Below, one piece after another: positions 6,705 through 15,457 of a stretch of 15,643 nucleotides of DNA. Both the position numbers and the translations under genes were made by a program. The stretch covers positions 1 through 15,643 of the forward strand of contig JBHJHA010000042.1 of NCBI GenBank assembly GCA_050331235.1, in the 5' to 3' direction. This DNA is from Leptolyngbyaceae cyanobacterium (GTDB taxonomy: Bacteria; Cyanobacteriota; Cyanobacteriia; Phormidesmidales; Phormidesmidaceae). The notes under the pieces are model-generated. The model had not been told where the DNA came from, did no database searches, and saw only the letters and a program-made list of their open reading frames with translations. Every line of letters starts with the position of its first letter. The first letter of the stretch is position 1.

Positions 6705-7877
6705 ATGGCGATCAAGCAGTTGCGGCCGGCATCTGGAAAGGCGTTTTGGTTGCTGATAGTAGGGATGTTGCTGTTAGGAGGGCTTTCATTTGGGGTGGCG
6801 CGGACGCTGCTGCAGGCCCGCCGCAACACCGCCGTCGAGACGGTGGAGTCAGCTCCGCGGCGGACCCAGGTGGCGGCTTTGGGGCGGGTCGAGCCGGCTG
6901 GTCGGGTGGTGGATGTAGTGCCGTCTGAGGGTGGGCGCTTAGCCGATCTGAATGTTGCGGAGGGAGACACCGTCCAGGCGGAGCAGGTGCTGGCTTATCT
7001 CGATATTTTTGAGGTGCGGCGGGCCGAGCGCGATTTTGCGGCGAGCCAACTGACTGAGGCTGAGGCTCTGTTAGCTGCCCAAGCCCAGGCTGGAGCAGCC
7101 GGCGTGGCAGAAGCGACCACACGGGTGGCGCAAATTGACCAGCCGCAGCTCGCTGCGATCGCCGCCCAGCAGAAGACGATTGAAAGTTTAGAGGCGGATT
7201 TGCGCCTAGCCGCATCTGACTTGGCTCGGTTTGAAACGCTGTATGCCGATGGGGCGATCGCTTTACAGGAGGTGGATCGCCAGCGCACGGCGGTGGACCG
7301 TCTGCGGGAGCAAATCTTGAGTGCAGAAGCCCGCCGGCAAGAGTTAGAGGTGTCGCGGGTAAATGACATGGCCAATGCGACAGCTCAGATCGACAGCCAG
7401 GTTGCCGATTTGCAGTTAGCCCAAGCGCAAGTCATGGTGGATTCGGCTGCGCAAAATTTAGCATTGGCAGAAGCGCGGTTAGAGTTGGCGATCGTGCGTG
7501 CTCCCAGTTCCGGGCAGGTTTTACAGCTGTATGCCGAGCCCGGAGAGGCCGTTGCCCCCGATAGTCCCATTTTGGCCCTGGGGGATACCCAGCAGATGTA
7601 TGTGGTGGCTGAGGTTTATGAAACCGATGTACCGTTAGTGGAGCCCAGGCAGCGGGCCACCATTACCAGTCGGAACGGAGCTTTCGATCAGATTCTGACG
7701 GGCACGGTAGAGCAAGTCGGACTACAAATTTTCAAGAATGATGTTTTGGATGATGACCCTGCTGCTAATGCTGACGCTCGCGTTGTGGAGGTGCGCATCC
7801 GAGTCGATCAGAGCGATGTAATTGCAGGCCTGACCAACCTCCAAGTGGATGTCGCGATTGATGTGGAGTCCCGATGA
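6705..7877 (+). CDS. devB: DevB-family periplasmic adaptor / membrane fusion protein (HlyD family)
   Basis: N-terminal TM anchor, VAALGRVEP, long Ala/Gln/Glu coiled coil, VRAPSSGQVL, MYVVAEVYETD, DARVVEVRIR, LTNLQVDVAI. Symbol denotes family, not proven orthology. Confidence 0.9.
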   Translation: MAIKQLRPASGKAFWLLIVGMLLLGGLSFGVARTLLQARRNTAVETVESAPRRTQVAALGRVEPAGRVVDVVPSEGGRLADLNVAEGDTVQAEQVLAYLDIFEVRRAERDFAASQLTEAEALLAAQAQAGAAGVAEATTRVAQIDQPQLAAIAAQQKTIESLEADLRLAASDLARFETLYADGAIALQEVDRQRTAVDRLREQILSAEARRQELEVSRVNDMANATAQIDSQVADLQLAQAQVMVDSAAQNLALAEARLELAIVRAPSSGQVLQLYAEPGEAVAPDSPILALGDTQQMYVVAEVYETDVPLVEPRQRATITSRNGAFDQILTGTVEQVGLQIFKNDVLDDDPAANADARVVEVRIRVDQSDVIAGLTNLQVDVAIDVESR

Positions 7878-9013
7878 AACGCACGCCGCTGGCGCTACTC
7901 AATTTACTCTATGAGCGGACGCGGTTGATGGTGGCAATCGCCGGGGTGGCTTTTGCCGTAATGCTGATTTTTATGAATTTGGGCTTTCAGGGGGCGCTTT
8001 TAGCGACGACCGTGACCTTTTATGAGCAGTTCGACGCCGATATCTTTTTAACTTCGCCTCAGTCTTTAGAAATTAGCACGACTAAAGCCTTTCCGCGGAC
8101 GCGTCTGTATCAGATTGCCGGGGTCGAGGGAGTCGAGCGGGTGATGCCGCTGTACCTAGAGTATTTGCTGTGGCGTAATCCAGAAACGCGGGTCAGCCGC
8201 TCCATGTTTGTATTTGGGATCAACCCGCGGGATCCGGTTTTTCTGCTGCCCGAGCTACAGCAGCCGGAGGCGCAGGATATTTTGCAGCGACCGGACACCG
8301 TTTTGATTGATCGGCTGTCACGGGATGAATTTGGACCACAAACGGTGGGGCTCGAAACCGAGGCAGATCGGCGACGTGTCACCATTGGGGGGCAGTACAC
8401 CTTGGGGGGCGGCTTTGCGGCAGACGGCACCCTGATCATGGGGGATCAAAACTTTGTGCGGTTTTTCTCTCCCCGTTCGTTTAATCAAGTTAATTTGGGA
8501 CTGATTCAAATCGCAGTGGAGGCTGACCCCCAGGCGATCGCTGCCACGATCCGGCAGCTACTGCCCCCCGATGTCGAGGTCAAAACCCGCCGCCAAATTA
8601 TTCAAAATGATGTGCAGTACTGGCTGCAAAACACCGCGATCGGCTTCATTTTTACGCTCGGGGTGATCGTGTCCTTTATCGTCGGCACGGTCATTGTTTA
8701 TCAGATTCTCTACACGGATATTCGCGATCACTTAAAGGAGTATGCCACGCTCAAAGCCATGGGCTACAGCGGTCGATATTTGTTTGGAGTGGTTTTGCAA
8801 GAAGCACTGATTTTGGCGATCGCCGGCTACGTCCCAGGGTTTGTGGTGGCCCTGGGGTTGTATCGATTGACTCGCGGAGCCACGAACCTGCCGATGGTCA
8901 TGACCCCCTTTCGCTTGGGACTGGTCCTCGTGCTCACTGTCATCATGTGCAGCCTGTCGGGATTAATTTCGGTCCGACGGGCGGTAACAGCTGATCCGGC
9001 GGAGGTGTTTTAG
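7874..9013 (+). CDS. devC: DevC-family ABC permease (FtsX/MacB-like), copy 1
   Basis: TPLALLNL, AIAGVAFAVMLIFMNLGF, IVYQILYTDIRDHLKEYATLKAMGY, C-terminal ADPAEVF. ATGA overlap with devB. Confidence 0.92.
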   Translation: MKRTPLALLNLLYERTRLMVAIAGVAFAVMLIFMNLGFQGALLATTVTFYEQFDADIFLTSPQSLEISTTKAFPRTRLYQIAGVEGVERVMPLYLEYLLWRNPETRVSRSMFVFGINPRDPVFLLPELQQPEAQDILQRPDTVLIDRLSRDEFGPQTVGLETEADRRRVTIGGQYTLGGGFAADGTLIMGDQNFVRFFSPRSFNQVNLGLIQIAVEADPQAIAATIRQLLPPDVEVKTRRQIIQNDVQYWLQNTAIGFIFTLGVIVSFIVGTVIVYQILYTDIRDHLKEYATLKAMGYSGRYLFGVVLQEALILAIAGYVPGFVVALGLYRLTRGATNLPMVMTPFRLGLVLVLTVIMCSLSGLISVRRAVTADPAEVF

Positions 9014-9015
9014 CC

Positions 9016-10200
9016 ATGGCGGCTTGGTGGCAGCGCACCCCTCTGGCGCTCTTAAACCTGACCCACGATCGCCGTAAGTTTGCGACTTCTTTGGCTGGGG
9101 TCGGGTTTGCTGTCCTACTGATGTTCCTGTTTACCGGCTTTCAAAATGCGCTATATGACAGTCAGGTTCAGCTCATCAATCGGCTCAACGCCGATATTGT
9201 GATCATCAACCGGCTGAAAAATAATATGTTTGTGCCGGAGTCGTTTGCCCGCCGCCGCCTTTATCAGGCGCAGGCTCTAACCGGCGTGCAGGCAGCCTAT
9301 CCGTTTTATCTCAGCGATGTCCGCTGGAAAAACCCAGAATCTCGGCAGACGCGCCCGGTCCGGGTTTTGGCCTTTAACTTGGCAGATCCGGCGCTACCCC
9401 TGCCGGGAGTGAGGGAAAGCCTGGAGGCACTCCGGTTGCCCAATACGGCACTGATCGATACCCGGGCCCGGGCTGAGATCGGTCCCCGCGAAACCGGCAT
9501 TCAAACGGAGTTGGCAGAGCGCGACATTCGGATCGTTGGCACCTTTAGTCTGGGTACTGACTTTGCCTCGGGCAATGGCAACCTGATCATGAGTGACCAA
9601 AACTTTTTGCGCTATTTTGCCAACCGGGGGCCAGAAGAAGATCAGCGCAGCTTTGCCACAGTGGATATTGGGCTAGTGAAAATTGCACCTGGCCTCGATG
9701 TGGATGAGATGGTGCAGCAGCTCCAGGAGATGCTGCCAAATGATGTTAAGGTTATGCGGCGCTCCGGTCCGGGAAACAGCTTTGAAGCCCAAGAGCGCAA
9801 TTACTGGCGCGAAAGTACCAACATCGCCTTTGTCTTTTCGCTGCTGACGGTGATGAGTTTTTTTGTGGGCATCATCCTCGTGTACCAAATCCTGTATACC
9901 GATGTGGCGGATCACTGGTCTGAGTACGCTACTCTCAAGGCCATGGGCTACAGCAATCGCTTTTTACTCGGGGTGGTCATTCAGGAGGCAATGATTTTGT
10001 CGGTGCTAGGTTTTATTCCCGGTATCTTGGTCAGTCGGTTGCTTTACACCGGGGCCAGCAACGCGATCGGGTTAGTGTTTTTGCTGACCCCGGTCCGCAT
10101 CGCTAATATTTATCTAGCCACCTTTGTCATGTGTTTAATTTCTGGGGCGATCGCCGTGCGCAAGGTCCAGTCGACAGACCCAGCGGAGGTCTTTGGCTAA
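9016..10200 (+). CDS. devC: DevC-family ABC permease (FtsX/MacB-like), copy 2
   Basis: TPLALLNL, LAGVGFAVLLMF, LVYQILYTDVADHWSEYATLKAMGY, C-terminal TDPAEVFG. Starts 2 nt after the stop of copy 1. Confidence 0.92.
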   Translation: MAAWWQRTPLALLNLTHDRRKFATSLAGVGFAVLLMFLFTGFQNALYDSQVQLINRLNADIVIINRLKNNMFVPESFARRRLYQAQALTGVQAAYPFYLSDVRWKNPESRQTRPVRVLAFNLADPALPLPGVRESLEALRLPNTALIDTRARAEIGPRETGIQTELAERDIRIVGTFSLGTDFASGNGNLIMSDQNFLRYFANRGPEEDQRSFATVDIGLVKIAPGLDVDEMVQQLQEMLPNDVKVMRRSGPGNSFEAQERNYWRESTNIAFVFSLLTVMSFFVGIILVYQILYTDVADHWSEYATLKAMGYSNRFLLGVVIQEAMILSVLGFIPGILVSRLLYTGASNAIGLVFLLTPVRIANIYLATFVMCLISGAIAVRKVQSTDPAEVFG

Positions 10201-11000
10201 TGTCTCCAGTTCCCTCCCCAGCCTCCCCCGAACCAGCTGCCCCAAACGCTACACTGGCAGTGTCGGATCAGGCGGTCTATATTCGCCATTTGGACTACTT
10301 TTTTGGTGCGGGCGATCTGACCAAGCAGGTGTTGTACGACATCAATTTAGAGTTGCCTCGGGGGCAAATCGTCATCATGACGGGGCCGTCGGGATCGGGC
10401 AAAACAACTTTGTTAACGTTGATCGGGGCGCTACGCACAGCCCAAGCGGGCAGCCTGCAAGTATTGGGACAGCAACTGGTGGGGCTGAGCAGTCGCAAAC
10501 TCGTGGCGGTGCGGCGCAATATTGGCTTTATCTTTCAAGCGCACAATCTGTTTGAGTCGCTGACGGCGGCGCAAAATGTCGAGATGGCAGTGGAGTTGAC
10601 GGGCCAGTTTCGCACGAAGCGATCGCAGGCGACGGCTATCCTCACCCAGCTCGGATTGGGCGATCGCGTCGATTATAAGCCGGACTCCCTCTCAGGGGGG
10701 CAAAAACAGCGGGTGGCGATCGCCCGGGCTTTGGTCAATCAGCCGCCGTTAATCTTGGCTGATGAGCCCACCGCAGCCCTAGACAAAAAATCGGGGCGCG
10801 ATGTGGTGACGCTGATGCAAAAGCTAGCGAAGTCAGAGAACCGAACCATTTTGATGGTGACCCACGACAACCGCATTTTGGACGTGGCCGATCGCATCAT
10901 CAACTTAGTCGACGGTCGCCTAGAGTCCGACGAAACTCTGGAACATTTCAACGAGATCCATGAACCGACCAACCTAGAACATCGAATGTTCATTTTGTAG
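10200..11000 (+). CDS. devA: DevA-family ABC ATP-binding protein (LolD/MacB-type NBD)
   Basis: Walker A GPSGSGKT, IGFIFQAHNL, LSGGQKQR, ILADEPTAALD, VTHDNRIL. ATG 10200 overlaps the upstream TAA (TAATG) and is preferred over the ORF-track start at 10131. Confidence 0.93.
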   Translation: MSPVPSPASPEPAAPNATLAVSDQAVYIRHLDYFFGAGDLTKQVLYDINLELPRGQIVIMTGPSGSGKTTLLTLIGALRTAQAGSLQVLGQQLVGLSSRKLVAVRRNIGFIFQAHNLFESLTAAQNVEMAVELTGQFRTKRSQATAILTQLGLGDRVDYKPDSLSGGQKQRVAIARALVNQPPLILADEPTAALDKKSGRDVVTLMQKLAKSENRTILMVTHDNRILDVADRIINLVDGRLESDETLEHFNEIHEPTNLEHRMFIL

Positions 11001-11004
11001 ATAT

Positions 11005-11042
11005 TGTTGGTGCCCGACCTAATCTCGGACCACGGGCCAACA
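11005..11042. terminator. Possible stem-loop between convergent devA and VOC genes
   Basis: TGTTGG(TG)CCCG ... CGGGCCAACA forms a 10-bp stem with a 2-nt bulge. No U-tract on either strand. Confidence 0.35.
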
Positions 11043-11058
11043 GGAGACTAACTATCGC

Positions 11059-11430
11059 CTACACCGCAGCGGGTGTGGCTACTGACGCCGGCTCATAGAG
11101 ATATTCAAACCAGTTGCCGTCAGGGTCTTTGCCGTAGAACGAGGCGGTGCCGTCACGATGCTCGTGGATTTTGGTGACAAAGACACCGTTGGCCTTGAGC
11201 CGCTCATAGGCCGCACCGACCTCAGTGCGATCATGAAAGATAAAGCCAAAGTGGGGACCCGCTTGCTCATAGCTGGGGCTGAGCAGTGCCAGGCCATCTT
11301 CTCCCGCTTTCACATAGGCCCAGTCTTTATCGTGCCAGGCCACTTCCATGCCCAAGTTTTTATAAAATTCCACGGCCTTGTCAATGTCTTGCACACAAAT
11401 GGCAACGTGTCCGAGGCGGGTAGGTTTCAT
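11059..11430 (-). CDS. VOC family (glyoxalase/bleomycin resistance/dioxygenase) protein
   Basis: 123 aa. LGHVAICVQD...AVEFY, PHFGF and FYGKDPDGNWFE, with the His/His/Glu metal-ligand pattern. Confidence 0.92.
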   Translation of the reverse strand: MKPTRLGHVAICVQDIDKAVEFYKNLGMEVAWHDKDWAYVKAGEDGLALLSPSYEQAGPHFGFIFHDRTEVGAAYERLKANGVFVTKIHEHRDGTASFYGKDPDGNWFEYLYEPASVATPAAV

Positions 11431-11481
11431 CGGTAAAAAGTGAGGTGACAGCTAACTTTATTTTAGGATTTTAGGACAGGA

Positions 11482-12579
11482 CTAGGGCAAAACGCTGGCC
11501 GGGGGGGGCTCTGGTGTGACGGGGATGGTACCAGGGACGGCAAACTCCTGCATCGGAATGACCTGCACGGTCAGGGAGATCGGTCGCTTTAGCGCCTCTG
11601 CCAGCAAAACCTGTGACTGTTGTACCTGCAGTGCGGTAATTGAGTTGGCCGGCGCTGTGATTTCCATTTCAATGGTGAGGGTACCGTCGGACTGCTGCCA
11701 GACATTCAGCGCGTCCAATTCGGCATTGTACAGCAGGGAGAGTTCGTTGCGCGTCAGATACCAGATCCGCTGTCGCGTGTTGGACTGCAATAGCAAATTA
11801 TTCAGCGAAACCGCGAGGGGAATGCCCACGGCAAACATCATCACGAGTGAGAGCATTAGCCCCCCTTGGGCCCGTTCTAGAGTGCCATATCGCTGCCAGA
11901 GAAAGACCAAACTGCCGCTAAAGATAATGCCCGTTAGGTTAGTGACAAAGAGTAGGGTCGCCCCCGTCCAAATGTCGGAATCAAACAGGGCGAACCCAAT
12001 GCCGATAACGCTTAAGGGCGGTACCAGGGCGACGGCGATCGCCACCCCCGGAAATGCATCAGCAATATGCTTACGCGATTTGGAAAATGCCCCCGCCGCC
12101 CCGGCCGCCATGGCTACAAAGAGGTCAATGAGCGTCGGTTCGGTGCGCAGGGTGATTTCCTCAGTGACTGAACGCAGACCGGTGCAATAGCAGATAAAAA
12201 TGGCGCTGACAATGGCAGTGAGAGTCGCCAACCCCAAGGTCAGCAATGCCCGCTTCACCAGCCGCCGATTGGCCACGGTGATGGCATAGGCAATGCCGAT
12301 GATGGGACCCATCAGCGGCGCAATGATCATGGCCCCAATCACCGTGGCGGTGCTGCCAGCCAATAGCCCCAGCGTGGAGAGGATAACCGACAGCGTCAGC
12401 ATCACAAAGAAGCTCATCGATGGCACCGACTCGCGCCAAAGAATGCGATTGAGTGAGGCAATGGTGGCGGGTTTACTCACTAGCCATTGCCAGTCGCCAC
12501 TGTTGCTCAACCAAAACTTTCGCAGTCCCCGTCGTCCCCGCGCGAGAAATTTCAGATGCTGGTGCCGCCGTTGAGTCAT
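11482..12579 (-). CDS. DUF389 (TIGR00341-like) multi-pass membrane protein
   Basis: LGLLAGSTATVIGAMIIAPLMGPI, RTEPTLIDL..A.AAGAAGA, PGVAIAVALVPPL and LLFVTNL are characteristic DUF389 motifs. Soluble C-terminal domain with a Pro-rich tail. Confidence 0.9.
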   Translation of the reverse strand: MTQRRHQHLKFLARGRRGLRKFWLSNSGDWQWLVSKPATIASLNRILWRESVPSMSFFVMLTLSVILSTLGLLAGSTATVIGAMIIAPLMGPIIGIAYAITVANRRLVKRALLTLGLATLTAIVSAIFICYCTGLRSVTEEITLRTEPTLIDLFVAMAAGAAGAFSKSRKHIADAFPGVAIAVALVPPLSVIGIGFALFDSDIWTGATLLFVTNLTGIIFSGSLVFLWQRYGTLERAQGGLMLSLVMMFAVGIPLAVSLNNLLLQSNTRQRIWYLTRNELSLLYNAELDALNVWQQSDGTLTIEMEITAPANSITALQVQQSQVLLAEALKRPISLTVQVIPMQEFAVPGTIPVTPEPPPASVLP

Positions 12580-12679
12580 AGAAACCCAATATATCCATGA
12601 TTATTTCCCAGGCATCTTAACTCGACTGCAAAGGCTTCTGTAAGCAGGTTCAGTCCTGGGATAGAGCCGTCCCCAATTT

Positions 12680-13453
12680 TCAAGGTTGATCGCTGTCTGC
12701 CAGATGGGGACGATCGCCAAATCGCTTGATCTGCCAGTGATTACTGACAGTGCGCTCAACGGCTCCAGCGGACCAGCGATCGCGGTCAAGCCAAAACTCA
12801 AACAGCGCTGTATTGGGCATAGGGAGCTGCCAGGTGCGATCGCTACCCAGCAAACAAGCCATCAGGTGCTCCAAAATCCACTGGTGTGACATGACCCACA
12901 CCTGGTCTTGATTGGTGTGTTGAGTCAGGAGTTGGCTGATAAACTGCTGAGCCCGGTTTCGTCCTTGTTGCGGGGTCTCCGCCTCGGGGATGGGGCGCCA
13001 TTCCAGGGTGGTCTCAAGCTGTTCACATAAATCGGGAAAGCGAGCTTTGGCCTCTGCCCAGGTGAGGCCGGTCAAAATCCCCGCATCAAACTCTTGCAAG
13101 CGCGGACATAGGGTCAACGTTGGGGACGGCTGCGGGCCCGCCGTTTGCAGTGGCGCGGTTTGTACTGCGACTAACTCGTGACCTGGAACTGACTTGAGAT
13201 GTGGCGCAATGGTGAGGTTCTGGGGCCATAGCCACTGCCACGGGCTCAACAGTCCCTCAAGGGATTGCAGAGCTCGCGGCAGTGGGCTGCTGTAGATATG
13301 GTCAGGCCGATAACCGTGGCGATGCAGCCAACTGCCTAGCTGCTGACACTGCTGCTGTCCGACTGGAGTGAGCCCCGTATCGTCACGACCGCTCATGCGG
13401 CGATCTCGATTGCCTGTGGATTCTCCGTGGCGGATCAAAAGCAGCTTGAGCAT
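12680..13453 (-). CDS. Histidine phosphatase superfamily protein (phosphoglycerate mutase-like)
   Basis: LIRHGESTGN catalytic motif, YSSPLPRA, LQEFDAG, and second His in VMSH. Confidence 0.92.
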   Translation of the reverse strand: MLKLLLIRHGESTGNRDRRMSGRDDTGLTPVGQQQCQQLGSWLHRHGYRPDHIYSSPLPRALQSLEGLLSPWQWLWPQNLTIAPHLKSVPGHELVAVQTAPLQTAGPQPSPTLTLCPRLQEFDAGILTGLTWAEAKARFPDLCEQLETTLEWRPIPEAETPQQGRNRAQQFISQLLTQHTNQDQVWVMSHQWILEHLMACLLGSDRTWQLPMPNTALFEFWLDRDRWSAGAVERTVSNHWQIKRFGDRPHLADSDQP

Positions 13454-14077
13454 ATCAGATCAGTGAGCGATCGCAGGGGCAAATCCAGCATAGGCATAAG
13501 ACTCATTGCTTGAGGAGAGTGGCGACAGCAAGGATCTTCACCCATAGCGCTATTTTGCAGAATTAGTGTTATTTCCATTGTCAGCCCAAAGACACTCTGA
13601 GGAAGCACAAAAACAGCCTGCCTTGCCGCTAAATTACAGCGTGACTTCGCCCCCGTTGACCCAAACTCCAGTTGGTCTATTGGCTATTTTTATCAATTTT
13701 GAAAAGATATTGAGAGGGGGGAAGGCTGACTTGAAATGCTCAGAGAAACGCCGCTCAAAAATTTTGGTGAGTTCAACCGTTGATCCTGCATGAGCCTAGT
13801 TTTCGTGGCTTTTCACGTTTATCCTTAGCAAAGCGCTATCTTAACGAATTTTCATTTTCATTGATTTTGCTCAAATTGATAGGCTGTATAGGTAAGTCAG
13901 CGATTGATTTTCTCTTCTCAAGGGCAAAAACCTACTTCACAAATTCTGAAGAGCAATATGTCAATTTTGAAATATTTGCATTATTTATTCACTCAAATCT
14001 GAAGAAATGATTGTGAGCAATCTGATTCATTTCATTTTCTCAGACGTTACACAGGCCTGTGGTTGGAGAATTAAAGG

Positions 14078-15187
14078 ATGACTGAGATTAAGCGCATCGG
14101 AATATTGACGAGTGGCGGTGATTGTGCAGGGCTCAATGCGGCCATTCGAGCAGTCATTCACCGGGCGATCGGCACCTATGGTTGGGAAGTATACGGCATC
14201 TCGCGGGCGACCCACGGTCTCCTGCAGCGTCCACCCCAGTTCCAGGCCCTAGCGTTGGCCCACGACGACTACCCGCTTTTGGTCAAGGGCGGCACGATCC
14301 TCGGCACGACTAACAAAGGAAACCCGTTCGCATTTCCCACTGCCGATGGCACCCTGATCGATCGCTCCGAAGAAATCATTGAGGGCTACCACGAACTTGG
14401 GCTAGATGCGCTGATTGGTATCGGGGGAGATGGGAGCCTGGCAATCCTCCGGCGGTTGGCGGTACAAGGCAATATCAACCTGGTAGCCATTCCCAAGACC
14501 ATCGATAACGACTTGGGCAGTACCGAACGGGCGATCGGCTTTGATACTGCGGTCAACATTGCGACGGAGGCGGTTGACCGGCTGCATTTTACGGCAGCGA
14601 GCCACTCGCGAGTCATGATTCTAGAAGTCATGGGCCGCGACGCTGGACATATTGCCATCAGCGCTGGAATTGCCGGCGGTGCCGACATTATTTTGATTCC
14701 CGAAATCCAGTATTCCATGGAGCGGATCTGCAATCATCTGCTGACGCTGCAGGAGCGCGGCAAAAACTACGCCATCGTGATGGTGGCCGAAGCGGTCTGC
14801 AATGAAAATGGCGAAAAAATGACCAACACTCTGGCCTTGAGCCAGTGTCGGCTAGGGGGGATTGGTGGCTACCTGGCCGACAACATTGCTGCACGGACCG
14901 GAGCTGAAACCCGCGTCACTGTGCTCGGCCACGTACAGCGGGGGGGTATTCCCTCGCCTTTGGATCGGCTGACTGCGACCGCATTTGGCGTTGCCGCGAC
15001 GGATCTGATTGCCGATGGTCGATTTGACCGCATGGTGAGCTGGCAAAATCGGCGCATTGTCGATGTGCCGATCGAAAGCGCGATCGCCCATTACCAGGCT
15101 GTTGATCCCCACGGCACCCTGGTGACCACGGCAAGGGCCATGGGCATTTACCTGGGTGAGCCCAATCGAGTTCCCCTCGGCGTGTAA
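14078..15187 (+). CDS. pfkA: 6-phosphofructokinase, PFK-A family
   Basis: GILTSGGDCAGLNAAIRAV, GGTILGT, IGGDGS, PKTIDND, EVMGRDAG, VLGHVQRGG. GGAG ribosome-binding site at 14065-14068. Confidence 0.96.
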   Translation: MTEIKRIGILTSGGDCAGLNAAIRAVIHRAIGTYGWEVYGISRATHGLLQRPPQFQALALAHDDYPLLVKGGTILGTTNKGNPFAFPTADGTLIDRSEEIIEGYHELGLDALIGIGGDGSLAILRRLAVQGNINLVAIPKTIDNDLGSTERAIGFDTAVNIATEAVDRLHFTAASHSRVMILEVMGRDAGHIAISAGIAGGADIILIPEIQYSMERICNHLLTLQERGKNYAIVMVAEAVCNENGEKMTNTLALSQCRLGGIGGYLADNIAARTGAETRVTVLGHVQRGGIPSPLDRLTATAFGVAATDLIADGRFDRMVSWQNRRIVDVPIESAIAHYQAVDPHGTLVTTARAMGIYLGEPNRVPLGV

Positions 15188-15457
15188 CGGATCTGGCATC
15201 GCTAGGGAGAATGGCACCCTGCGTAAGGGAGCTTCGCGGTACATTGATGATGGAGTTGCCTGGCCCTATTCCGCCGAGTTTGTTAAGTCATCTGCCGCGC
15301 CTACTGTGGAACTGTCTACGGCAGCACTCCAGTGATTTTAGGGCAGATTGTCGGGGGCCGGGTACAAGGTCCTGGTGACTGGCTTGAGGCCAGGTAAACG
15401 CTAGGCTCTGACTGACTCGCTCATCTTTGTACTGCAAAGTTCTCCCTTGTTATAGAC

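Larger units (their letters stand above)
256..15087. repeat. Dispersed HIP1 octamers (GCGATCGC)
   Basis: About 25 copies by manual count (e.g. 256, 857, 1348, 1471, 1586, 2497, 3040, 3521, 3740, 5339, 5662, 6435, 10619, 10660, 10716, 13467, 15080). Fewer than one would be expected by chance. Hallmark of many cyanobacterial genomes. Confidence 0.95.

Noticed and set aside
10131..10199. Longer N-terminus for devA proposed by the ORF track
   Set aside because: It would overlap devC2 by 70 nt. The TAATG-coupled ATG at 10200 is more plausible.
1312..11000. A single envelope/biofilm export system made of the MsbA-like exporter, PEP-CTERM protein and DevBCCA
   Set aside because: The genes are in separate transcription units, split by a terminator and by housekeeping tmk-holB. 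No exosortase or polysaccharide/lipid synthesis genes link them here.
13566..14010. Two 75-76 aa plus-strand ORFs in the phosphatase-pfkA gap
   Set aside because: GTG/TTG starts without clear ribosome-binding sites, AT-rich promoter-like DNA and no recognisable domains.
383..15244. Many short or antisense ORFs in the six-frame track (e.g. 1258-1518, 6712-7215, 11516-12190, 14852-15244)
   Set aside because: They overlap well-supported genes on the opposite strand or in another frame and have no recognisable motifs. They are expected shadow ORFs in GC-rich coding DNA.
15211..15378. 55-aa ORF (MAPCVRELRG...) between pfkA and the CDF gene
   Set aside because: The AGGGAG is only 1 nt from the ATG and the peptide has no recognisable features. 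It cannot be supported without homology or ribosome profiling.
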